DNA of 64,000 bases from a virus. Taxonomy: Duplodnaviria > Caudoviricetes. Positions within the stretch are counted from its first letter, which is position 1; every line of letters starts with the position of its first letter. The notes under the pieces were generated by a model. The model saw nothing but the letters and a program-made list of their open reading frames with translations, was not told the origin of the DNA and did not search any database. Both the position numbers and the translations under genes were made by a program. The stretch lies in IMG/VR virus record IMGVR_UViG_3300020050_007362, positions 1-64,000 of that record; one strand, given 5' to 3'. Of this stretch, positions 40,526-48,465 are shown piece after piece.

Positions 40526-40592
40526 TTTGAAACCCTCTTATCGGGTGGATAATTTATTTAACGTATATAAATACTATTTATACGTGCTAATG

Positions 40593-40871
40593 TCAATGAA
40601 CTTTATCGCCGAAGAAATACACAAAGGCTGCAAACAGAGCACCAACTGTAAAAACAATGCCGCCGAAGAACCCTTTATGTTTTTCCCCGTCTTTTTTTAA
40701 TTCGTCTAACGCATCAAATATTCTATCGGATTGCCTACGGTTTTCTTCTTTGTCGTCGTTCAATTCACGACATAGACCGTCTATTCTTTGTTCGACTTTA
40801 GCTAATCTGCAATTTATATCTGCCATTACTACACACCTTTTATTGCTTTCGCATTCCGTATATTGTGGCAT
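40593..40871 (-). CDS. Small coiled-coil protein with a C-terminal transmembrane helix (possible lysis accessory)
   Basis: RLAKVEQRIDGLCRELN coil followed by FFGGIVFTVGALFAAFVYFF. Confidence 0.5.
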   Translation of the reverse strand: MPQYTECESNKRCVVMADINCRLAKVEQRIDGLCRELNDDKEENRRQSDRIFDALDELKKDGEKHKGFFGGIVFTVGALFAAFVYFFGDKVH

Positions 40872-40898
40872 AGTAACTTCTTTTGCCTTTGCACTATT

Positions 40899-41255
40899 TT
40901 AACTTAAAAACCGCAACTTATACAAAGTAGAAAGATATGTTTCTTCCACAACATCAATTAAATTTTGAATTGCTGTATGTTCTTTTGAACATACTTTATA
41001 TCTGTTTTCTTTAATCCATTCTAAATGGCTGGTTAGCTCATCTATTATTGGCATATCGCCGCTATGTCCAAGAATAGCCATATTAGTTAATAAACCGTAT
41101 TTACCTTGATACGCTTCGGCTATAGCATCCGCATTATCTACAATAGCACTGTAGAAACCGTTTAAAGCCATATGTTGTGCATAAGACTTTGTTTTTAAGT
41201 GTTCTCTGTGTGCTATGTCACGCGCAAAGAATAAAAGCGATATTAAATGTTCCAT
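40899..41255 (-). CDS. Ferritin-like four-helix protein (DUF5856-like)
   Basis: AHREHLKTKSYAQHMALNGFYSAIVDNADAIAEAYQGKYG...IQNLID...TLYKLRFL. Confidence 0.7.
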   Translation of the reverse strand: MEHLISLLFFARDIAHREHLKTKSYAQHMALNGFYSAIVDNADAIAEAYQGKYGLLTNMAILGHSGDMPIIDELTSHLEWIKENRYKVCSKEHTAIQNLIDVVEETYLSTLYKLRFLS

Positions 41256-41285
41256 TTGGAGTCCTTATACTATTATTAAATATTA

Positions 41286-41981
41286 TTAGTATAGTATCAT
41301 TTCAATAGGATTGTCGGTTTGACGTTCCCGTATTACAACCGAAGGAAGCCTTTCTCCAAATCGATCGGTAAAAATCTGTAAATCTCGTTGTGACCTTTTA
41401 GGGTCAAACGTATCGGTATCTCTTTTTAAATAAGCTAATCCGGTTATTCCGTAAATCAAATCGGGTTGAAACATTTCATCTATTTCTGGAATATCGTCAC
41501 TTACTTCTAGTATATTAGGTAGACGTACAATACTTAACATCGCAGTATCAGCTACTGTTGGCGTACCTATAAAAGTAATAGCTCTTACGTACATCCCTGA
41601 ATAATCCCCGGTTCCTGCTTTAGTTTGATCAAGTGCATAGGCATACGGAGAACCTAATTGAGTAGGGATACTGTTAGTATTTCTTTCAATGCTGCTAAAA
41701 CTGGTACGGGTAAGAGGATATTGAGGTTGTGAGGCTAGATAAACGCTTCTAACTGAAAGCGCATTGCTGGGCAATGCGTATTTGGCTTTCCATGTTAAGT
41801 CTACGTTCTGAGTAAAGACAACAGGGACATCATCTTGTACTGATAAATTTGCACGTATAGCGGCATCCGCTATCGTATCGTTGATACAGTCTATTAACTC
41901 TGCATCTGACCATAGGTAAGGAGCCACCGAGTCATCTAAGCGTGATCTAGTTCTGCGGAGCAGGTCTGCAAGCGTTAGCAT
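41286..41981 (-). CDS. Head-to-tail adaptor/connector protein
   Basis: LLRRTRSRLDD...WSDAELIDCIND...QPDLIYGITGLAYLKRD pattern; lies downstream of the capsid gene. Confidence 0.7.
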   Translation of the reverse strand: MLTLADLLRRTRSRLDDSVAPYLWSDAELIDCINDTIADAAIRANLSVQDDVPVVFTQNVDLTWKAKYALPSNALSVRSVYLASQPQYPLTRTSFSSIERNTNSIPTQLGSPYAYALDQTKAGTGDYSGMYVRAITFIGTPTVADTAMLSIVRLPNILEVSDDIPEIDEMFQPDLIYGITGLAYLKRDTDTFDPKRSQRDLQIFTDRFGERLPSVVIRERQTDNPIEMILY

Positions 41982-42030
41982 GTTATCGGTGTCCTAACTG
42001 TTTGGCCTGATTTTTACATCAGGTAGGTGT

Positions 42031-42243
42031 TTAAGCTATATCTTCCGCTGTTTCTACAGAAGGTTCTTCTACTTTGGCAGAAGCTGCTATTTTAGCAGAT
42101 ACTGACGTTTTAGTAGGAGCTTTTACTTTAACTTCTTCTAAAGATTCACCGTTTTTATCAAACTTTTCACCATCTTGCATATAAGCAATTGGTGCATTAA
42201 TAGGGTCAATTTCTGAATAAGGTCTTGATCTATCGAGCGACAT
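42031..42243 (-). CDS. Hypothetical protein (70 aa)
   Basis: Packed ORF in the head module. Confidence 0.6.
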   Translation of the reverse strand: MSLDRSRPYSEIDPINAPIAYMQDGEKFDKNGESLEEVKVKAPTKTSVSAKIAASAKVEEPSVETAEDIA

Positions 42244-42475
42244 CTGGAGTATTCCTTCCTGGTATTTTAGTCATGCTTGGGGTTTCTTCATTTTCAAAAC
42301 GTCGACCATGCCCATAACTTGTTCCATAGCTTGTATCATCCCAAGCGGTACCCGTTCTAGCGCATGAAGAGCCTTCGTCTATAAAACCTGTCTGAACAGG
42401 GTCTTTAGCCGGATCATCATTGTAATGACCGGCATCAAGACCATTCAAGACAATACTTGCTTGAATGGTAATCAT
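42230..42475 (-). CDS. Hypothetical protein (81 aa)
   Basis: Packed ORF in the head module. Confidence 0.55.
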   Translation of the reverse strand: MITIQASIVLNGLDAGHYNDDPAKDPVQTGFIDEGSSCARTGTAWDDTSYGTSYGHGRRFENEETPSMTKIPGRNTPDVAR

Positions 42476-42477
42476 AA

Positions 42478-42699
42478 TTAACGTAAAAAGTTAAAACTTT
42501 TGCCGTTACCTGATACTGATTCAGTTATCTTTTCTTGACGGAAAATAGAACCAGAAGTTTTTTGTTCTGCTTCAACGTTACCGCGTGGAAGTGATTCCAC
42601 CATAGATAAACCATCAGTTACACCAGCTGATAAACCTGATTTAGGAAAGCTTGTGTTAACAGCCATTTTGTTGCTGTCATCTGCATTAAAATCTGCCAT
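42478..42699 (-). CDS. Hypothetical protein (73 aa)
   Basis: Packed ORF with an AGGAGA RBS. Confidence 0.65.
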   Translation of the reverse strand: MADFNADDSNKMAVNTSFPKSGLSAGVTDGLSMVESLPRGNVEAEQKTSGSIFRQEKITESVSGNGKSFNFLR

Positions 42700-42732
42700 G
42701 TTAATCTCCTTAAAGATTTTATGTTGTTTGTA

Positions 42733-43185
42733 TTAGAACCAGTCTAAAGTAATTTCAGCAATAGCCGCGCCAGCTGGCGTACCGCCAGTAGAAGCTGTCA
42801 AAGTGATCAGAGCTGGGCCAACTACCTCAGGAATGGTAGGTGTTCCAGAAATAGTATTAGATGTACCAGTTAAATTAACTGTACCGTAAACAGGGTTTGT
42901 GCCTCTGATGTATTGGCTGCTAAAACCGACCGCTGTGTTAACAGCAGCAGGTACCGCAGCAGTACCAAAATCAATAAAACCAGCTACGTTTACGTTACCG
43001 GCAACACCAACACCTAGTTTAGCAGGAGTAGTCGTACCAACAAAAGCAGTTGTTACAGAAGCACTAATGCCAGCAACACGAAATTGAGTGCAACCTAGTG
43101 GAGGTGAAAGTGACCAAGTAGCAGTTGTTGCACCGGCAACAGTTCTAGTATAGGTTACAGTTTTTGGATTTGCATATGATGCCAT
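42733..43185 (-). CDS. Putative capsid decoration protein
   Basis: Small Thr/Gly/Ala-rich beta protein just downstream of the capsid gene. Confidence 0.55.
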   Translation of the reverse strand: MASYANPKTVTYTRTVAGATTATWSLSPPLGCTQFRVAGISASVTTAFVGTTTPAKLGVGVAGNVNVAGFIDFGTAAVPAAVNTAVGFSSQYIRGTNPVYGTVNLTGTSNTISGTPTIPEVVGPALITLTASTGGTPAGAAIAEITLDWF

Positions 43186-43276
43186 GTTAAATATCCTTAA
43201 ATTATCTATTTGTGTACACTTTAGTCTAATGACTGTTAAGTGCTATAACTTAGTAAACATTGTGTTACCCAAAAAC

Positions 43277-44080
43277 TTACATTGCCGGGTTAGCGTTGTT
43301 TTCTATATACTTAAGCCTTGATGCTCGCATCTTAGCTCGTGTTTCTTCTGAAACACCTATCTTACCTTTGTTCCAAACTTCTTTACCTACAGAACCTTTG
43401 TTAACATGAGGTTTTCCTTTTTTAGCTAGGCTCATTTTCTGACGAGTCTCATCAGATATTACACCTTTTTTTCCTTTATTCCAAGGTTCTCTACTTAAAA
43501 CCATGGTTTTAAACTGCGCCATTTGAGCTTCAGTTTTAATTTTGTAGCTACCGTTAGCTATTCTAGTGGCTCTTGTTTTAGCCGCTATTTCTTTATCGGT
43601 ACCGTTTTCTCTTCGTTGTTCCCATGTTTTTCTTCTTGCTTCAGCCATATTTGCTTTAGCTTCATCAGAAAAACTTCTGCTTTTTGCAGTAAGTCTGGAA
43701 GTACGTATGTTTTCTATTTCTTCATTGGTTTTTTTACGACCTTTTTGTAATTTAGAAATAAATTTTGCTGCCCTAATTCTTAAATACTCAAATTCTTCTG
43801 CCGCTTCATCTAAGTTTAATGTTTTTCCTTGATGGCTTCTTATCATCCTAATACAAGCATTAGCTAATCCATTATTATCAGGGTATATATCTGCTAATAA
43901 TATATGTGCTTTAAAATGTTCTTTTATCGTTAATAAAACTAAATTACTTTTATCATTTGTTCCACCCATACATCTGGGTTTAATATGGTGTTCCTCATAT
44001 TTAAAAGGTTCCCATTTTATGTTTCGGTTTTTAGCTTTTTCTATCAGTTGTAGGTATTCTTTTTCTGCTTCTATCATCAT
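43277..44080 (-). CDS. Free-standing HNH homing endonuclease with NUMOD3 repeats
   Basis: YEEHHIKPRCMGGTNDKSNLVLLTIKEHFKAHILL HNH core; PWNKGKKGVISDETRQKMSLAKKG and VWNKGKIGVSEETRAKMR NUMOD3 motifs. Confidence 0.9.
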   Translation of the reverse strand: MMIEAEKEYLQLIEKAKNRNIKWEPFKYEEHHIKPRCMGGTNDKSNLVLLTIKEHFKAHILLADIYPDNNGLANACIRMIRSHQGKTLNLDEAAEEFEYLRIRAAKFISKLQKGRKKTNEEIENIRTSRLTAKSRSFSDEAKANMAEARRKTWEQRRENGTDKEIAAKTRATRIANGSYKIKTEAQMAQFKTMVLSREPWNKGKKGVISDETRQKMSLAKKGKPHVNKGSVGKEVWNKGKIGVSEETRAKMRASRLKYIENNANPAM

Positions 44081-44193
44081 TACTACACACCTTAATATCT
44101 AGTTTTATAAATATTAAAGCATATAGTAATAATTTAAATAATCAATGCTTAAATGCAAGTATTGTTTAAATACTAGCTAAGTTATTGATTTTA

Positions 44194-45204
44194 TTAAGCT
44201 TGTGAGTCCCATTTTACTATTCTTCCGTTTGCAGCATCTGGATGGCTTAAACCGAAACCTTCCAAAGCATACCAAGCGATAGCACGTTCTCTACCGAAAT
44301 CACCAGGAATTTGACCACGGATTTCTTCAGGAATTGCAACACCTTCAGCAACAGTATCTGAACCCATAAAGAAAATCCAATCAGATTTAGCATTGTTCCA
44401 TGCGTCAGCTGTACCGGTTTGTGGGTTGAAAGTAGTTGAATCAGCAGCGCCGCCAGCAGGAATGTGAGTTTGTTCGATAAAACGAACACCACGGTAACGA
44501 CCGATTTCGCCGTTCTTGATTTGAGCAAGACCTGTTTCAGTGTAAGTTTGGATACCTTCCAAATCAGATTTCAACTGAATGTAAGCAGACGGTCTGGCAA
44601 TAGCCATGTAATCGCCGTTTTCATAAGCTGGAATACCACGTTCTTTCATCATTGTAGAAATAGGTTCTACATGGCCTTTACCGAACGCAACGTTGTTGGT
44701 TTGGCTAGGTACACCATTAACTGATAAAGGATCGATTGCAGTAGTGCTGCTACCTGATAAAGGAGATACTTTCAACAAAGTTTGGTTAAATTGAGTCCAA
44801 GCTGCAATATCCATAGTTTCAGCAACATCCAATTTCAGGATTTTGCGGATAACTTCTTTTACTGGTTGCTCAGATAAATCATCCAATTTGCCGGTGTATT
44901 CAACAGAGTTACCGAACTCACTCATTTTAGCTGAGTATTGAGCGATTTTAAAACCGCTAGTTGGCATTTTTTCTGTTTCGTCTAACGCTCTGCCTTTTTG
45001 AGACAGTTTAGTGTAAACGTTCCAAGACCAAGTGTCGCCACGGTGTTTACCTAAAAGATCACGACCATCAGCATCGCTTTCTTTAACATCGCACAACTGT
45101 CTAAATTTAACTACGGGAAGGTTTTGTAGTCTCAGATATTGTGAAAGGTTAGGACTCCACATGTATCCACCTTCGTCACTCACACTCCAGATTTGTCCAG
45201 CCAT
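44194..45204 (-). CDS. Major capsid protein (N4-gp56-like family)
   Basis: AGQIWSV...GGYMWSPNLS..LR...KFRQLCD, GEIGRYRGVRFIEQT and IPGDFGRERAIAWYALEGFG motifs; follows the scaffold gene. Confidence 0.9.
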   Translation of the reverse strand: MAGQIWSVSDEGGYMWSPNLSQYLRLQNLPVVKFRQLCDVKESDADGRDLLGKHRGDTWSWNVYTKLSQKGRALDETEKMPTSGFKIAQYSAKMSEFGNSVEYTGKLDDLSEQPVKEVIRKILKLDVAETMDIAAWTQFNQTLLKVSPLSGSSTTAIDPLSVNGVPSQTNNVAFGKGHVEPISTMMKERGIPAYENGDYMAIARPSAYIQLKSDLEGIQTYTETGLAQIKNGEIGRYRGVRFIEQTHIPAGGAADSTTFNPQTGTADAWNNAKSDWIFFMGSDTVAEGVAIPEEIRGQIPGDFGRERAIAWYALEGFGLSHPDAANGRIVKWDSQA

Positions 45205-45290
45205 TTTGTATTGCTCCTACTTATTACATTCGGTTTTTTAAACTTTCCGAACGGGATTATTCCGCCTCTCGACGAAAGGTTAAAAAAATA

Positions 45291-46280
45291 TTATGCTTGG
45301 TTACGTCTTGCTTTCATATCCGCTATTGCACTTGAGCGAGTTGCTTGAGGTGCTTCTTCTGGCGGTGCTACTTTAGCAGACGCTGAAGGAATAGACGGGA
45401 TATTACGTTTTCTTGCTTTACGTTCTTCCATGCCGGGCATCTCAGTAACGTTTGCTGCTTCAGGAGCCGCTTCAGGAGCTGCTTCTGCTGCCATCGGCAT
45501 TTCTTCAGCAGGTTCTTCAGCAGGTTCTTCAACTGGTGCTGGTGCTTCAACAGGTGCTGGTGCTGCTGCGCTTTCAGGATATAGATCGGCAACTGCTTTG
45601 CGTAAAGCGTCAGCTTCACGATCACCGTTTTGCCAATAGATATCTTTTAAAGCTAAAACTTTATCTGCTTCAATACCGTCTACGTTCAATTCAGGATGAA
45701 GAGCAGCTAATTCTTTAGCAGTATCTAAATATTCTTGTTCATCTTTAGAAGCTTGAGCATCAGATACTGACCTGTGCGAATTTTCTTTGTACCGGTGCTC
45801 ATGAAGTTGCTTGTATAACATCTTAGCAGAATCAAGATCACCAAAGGCTAGTGCTTCGTGATACTGATCAATCAATTCGTCATGGCCAGCGCCTTCAGGT
45901 GGTTGGTACTCACCGGTTGGTTTGCTTTCAGCTTCGGGTGCAGCACCTTCACCTTCTGGTGTATACGCTTCAGCTTCAGCTTCGCCTTCAGCTTCGGGTT
46001 CAGCTTCAGCTTCGCCTTCAGGCTCACCTTCCATTTCAGGTTGGCCTTCTGGTTCTTTAGCCTCTTCATTGACCATTGCTACTTCTTTTTCTGCTTCAGC
46101 AACGATACCGCCTTCTGCTTCTGCTGCCGGTGCTTCTGCTGGCATATCTGCTGGCATATCTGCTGGGGTTTCTGAAACAACTTCTTCAGGTACGCCTCTT
46201 TTAGCAGCTACTTTTTTACCGGCTCTGTCACGAGCTTGGGCATTAGCATCGACTGGTGGAACTTTATTTTTTACGGCCAT
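45291..46280 (-). CDS. Putative capsid scaffolding protein
   Basis: Highly acidic Glu/Pro/Ala-rich protein ending in a basic tail (SAIADMKARRNQA), directly upstream of the capsid gene; start reassigned to MAVKNK at 46280. Confidence 0.65.
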   Translation of the reverse strand: MAVKNKVPPVDANAQARDRAGKKVAAKRGVPEEVVSETPADMPADMPAEAPAAEAEGGIVAEAEKEVAMVNEEAKEPEGQPEMEGEPEGEAEAEPEAEGEAEAEAYTPEGEGAAPEAESKPTGEYQPPEGAGHDELIDQYHEALAFGDLDSAKMLYKQLHEHRYKENSHRSVSDAQASKDEQEYLDTAKELAALHPELNVDGIEADKVLALKDIYWQNGDREADALRKAVADLYPESAAAPAPVEAPAPVEEPAEEPAEEMPMAAEAAPEAAPEAANVTEMPGMEERKARKRNIPSIPSASAKVAPPEEAPQATRSSAIADMKARRNQA

Positions 46281-46426
46281 GTTAGAAATCCTGCTCTGGG
46301 AAAGGTCTAGCTTTACAGCTATACGTTGGATAATTGATAACATTATTACTTTTTAATGTCAACGTTTTTACTTATATACTTTACTTAGGTTTTGTTCTAT
46401 ATTCTTTAAAATTATAGGAGATTAAA

Positions 46427-46582
46427 ATGCCAAGTACCAGTTTAAAACAACACCGCCTCATGTTAGCTGCCGCTCATAACCCAGCATTTGCAAAGAAAGT
46501 GGGTATACCTCCATCAGTCGGTAAAGACTTTATGGAGGCGGATAAAGCAAAAGGTATTTTCAAATCCCGTTCTAAAAAATAA
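46427..46582 (+). CDS. Small basic protein (51 aa), absent from the ORF track
   Basis: AGGAGA RBS then MPSTSLKQHRLMLAAAHNPAFAKKVGIPPSVGKDFMEADKAKGIFKSRSKK; resembles a small protein family common in environmental phages. Confidence 0.75.
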   Translation: MPSTSLKQHRLMLAAAHNPAFAKKVGIPPSVGKDFMEADKAKGIFKSRSKK

Positions 46583-46585
46583 CAT

Positions 46586-47302
46586 TTATATTAAGTTTTT
46601 TAATGGGTAATCTTTATACCTATCCAAACCATCTAAATAAGAGGGGTTAAAATCACCCTCTTTAGGTATTAGTTTAGGGTCTATTTCAAAAGTTACTGTA
46701 AATTTACCATTATGTATTTTAGGTATTAACGTTCCGACACCATATATCTCAAACTTTCTAAGGTCTCTAAGCTCGTTAGCTATTACGCCTTCTATAGCAG
46801 CTGAGAAAAAACGCCCTTCTGCAACTGTAGTTCCGGTTACTTCTGCAAGTAATTGCTCTAAACGTTCTCTATCAAGGGCGAGGGTCTTATCAAACTTCCT
46901 TTCCCGCATCCATTTTCTTAACCTAGCCCATTCTTCCCTGTCATTTAGCATATCCAGCTTGTATTCTATCCATCTTTCTTTGTTATCCCTGTAATTTTTA
47001 CGTCTTACTAGCTGATGCTTGACTTGCAAAGACCACATTCGCTTTTGTGCTCGGTGATTTGAAGTTTGCTGACGGCGCAAAGCTAATTCCGCTTCAGCTT
47101 CTTTTCTAGCGTTTTCAATAACGGCAAGAAGCCGGTTTCTTTCGGCTTTTGACTTTATATTTTCTTGTCTTTGGACTTTCATCCTTGCAAAAAGCTCTTG
47201 TCGCTCTTCTTTTGTTAAAGAAGCCCTCCATTCGTTAATTGCTCGCAACTGTAAAGCCGATCTTTTTCTATTCTCCTCTTCTGTGAGTTTTTTCTCCCCC
47301 AT
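46586..47302 (-). CDS. Charged helical protein with a C-terminal HU/IHF-like segment
   Basis: AIEGVIANELRDLRKFEIYGVGTLIPK resembles the HU helix-2/beta-1 pattern. Confidence 0.4.
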   Translation of the reverse strand: MGEKKLTEEENRKRSALQLRAINEWRASLTKEERQELFARMKVQRQENIKSKAERNRLLAVIENARKEAEAELALRRQQTSNHRAQKRMWSLQVKHQLVRRKNYRDNKERWIEYKLDMLNDREEWARLRKWMRERKFDKTLALDRERLEQLLAEVTGTTVAEGRFFSAAIEGVIANELRDLRKFEIYGVGTLIPKIHNGKFTVTFEIDPKLIPKEGDFNPSYLDGLDRYKDYPLKNLI

Positions 47303-47307
47303 AACCG

Positions 47308-47613
47308 CTATCTCCCATAGGAATCTTCTACTCTAATTGATTCTTCCGCTGCTGTTCCCGTAGAAATTGCCTCATCTAGCCACAAAAGGAACAAATCAGG
47401 GACTTTTGCAGCCCATTGTAGCTCTCTTATGGCATCAGAATCGATTGGGTTAGCGGTAGCCAGCTGTTCTAAGGCGTTAATTCGACATTGGTGCGCCCTT
47501 TCTACCAAATAAACACCTATTTTGCTATCTGCTATGAACCGTTCGGTGTCTAAACCAAGTGCAACGGCTTTAAAAGAGGGGTCATTACTGTATTGATTAA
47601 CTTCTTGGTTCAT
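47308..47613 (-). CDS. Conserved-type small protein of the portal-scaffold interval
   Basis: 101-aa helical ORF in its usual position downstream of the portal. Confidence 0.6.
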   Translation of the reverse strand: MNQEVNQYSNDPSFKAVALGLDTERFIADSKIGVYLVERAHQCRINALEQLATANPIDSDAIRELQWAAKVPDLFLLWLDEAISTGTAAEESIRVEDSYGR

Positions 47614-47623
47614 TTTTTAACCC

Positions 47624-48271
47624 TTATCCTAAATATTCTGCAACAATTTCATTCAATATGACTTCTGCATAAGCATTTACTTGGCCAAAGCGAGGGTCAC
47701 GGACTTTATCAATAGGTATATTACGTTCTCGACTTAAATGCGCTGCTCTTTTACCGATAGTTTGTGCATCTTTTAAAATTAAATGCTGAAGGTTGTTTAG
47801 ATTTGCGTATCCTAAGACTGTAAAAAACTTTAACCCTTCAATTATAGCGTTTTGTCTGGCCAATACCTCTTTGTTTGATGTTTCCAATTCAGATAACCGT
47901 AAAGCTTGCTCTTTTTGCTCTTTTCTAACCGCCATAAGATGTTGAGCGGAGGCAATTACCATTTCAAGTTCATCCATTACTGGTTTATCCTGAATCGCTT
48001 CTAGTTCTTGCCAACGATCTATTATTGCTAAACGGTATTTAGCGGAATACCCAGTTATAATTAAGTCACATTCTCTGCGTGGGAGATTAAAGCAACGTGA
48101 TAATTTATTTTGCTTTGTTAAATACGAGCCGTTGAATTGAACGTGTCCTATTTCTGCTTCATCAAGTATACGTCTAATGTCTTTTAAAACATTATCGTGG
48201 TTTTTATCAGTCAACTTAGCTATTTCTAAAGAAGACATAGTTATTACATTTACATTTATTAGTTCATTCAT
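47624..48271 (-). CDS. rha: Rha family phage regulatory protein
   Basis: MSSLEIAKLTDKNHDNVLKDIRRIL...LPRRECDLIITGYSAKYRLAIIDRWQELE. Confidence 0.85.
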   Translation of the reverse strand: MNELINVNVITMSSLEIAKLTDKNHDNVLKDIRRILDEAEIGHVQFNGSYLTKQNKLSRCFNLPRRECDLIITGYSAKYRLAIIDRWQELEAIQDKPVMDELEMVIASAQHLMAVRKEQKEQALRLSELETSNKEVLARQNAIIEGLKFFTVLGYANLNNLQHLILKDAQTIGKRAAHLSRERNIPIDKVRDPRFGQVNAYAEVILNEIVAEYLG

Positions 48272-48289
48272 TTTCTTTCTCGCATAAAA

Positions 48290-48403
48290 AAAGCTTCTTT
48301 CCTAAGTCGGGTAGTAATGGCTAGAAAATGCGCCACCGACGTAAAGAAAAAAGCTTTGTTTAATTTTCTATTTAACGGTTACTACACCGACATTTTTACT
48401 ATA
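48290..48403 (-). promoter_or_regulatory. Structured 5-prime leader and -10 element of rha
   Basis: TTGTAT-N16-TATAGT on the minus strand, followed by two alternative pairings that share the CCGAC segment and a U-run. Confidence 0.5.
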
Positions 48404-48426
48404 CAACGCATCGTTAAAAATACAAT

Positions 48427-48455
48427 AAAAAAAGGATGCCTTTTTAGGGGCATCC
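48427..48455 (-). terminator. Intrinsic terminator after the portal gene
   Basis: GGATGCC/GGCATCC stem (48434-48455) followed by a U-tract on the minus strand. Confidence 0.75.
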
Positions 48456-48465
48456 ATAGAGGGGG

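Noticed and set aside
43277-44080. Group I intron-encoded endonuclease interrupting the capsid gene
   Set aside because: The capsid ORF ends normally (WDSQA, double TAA), the next gene has its own RBS and start, and the HNH has its own AT-rich promoter-like upstream region; it is free-standing.
45225-45290. Riboswitch upstream of the capsid gene
   Set aside because: Only short hairpins; no recognisable aptamer consensus.
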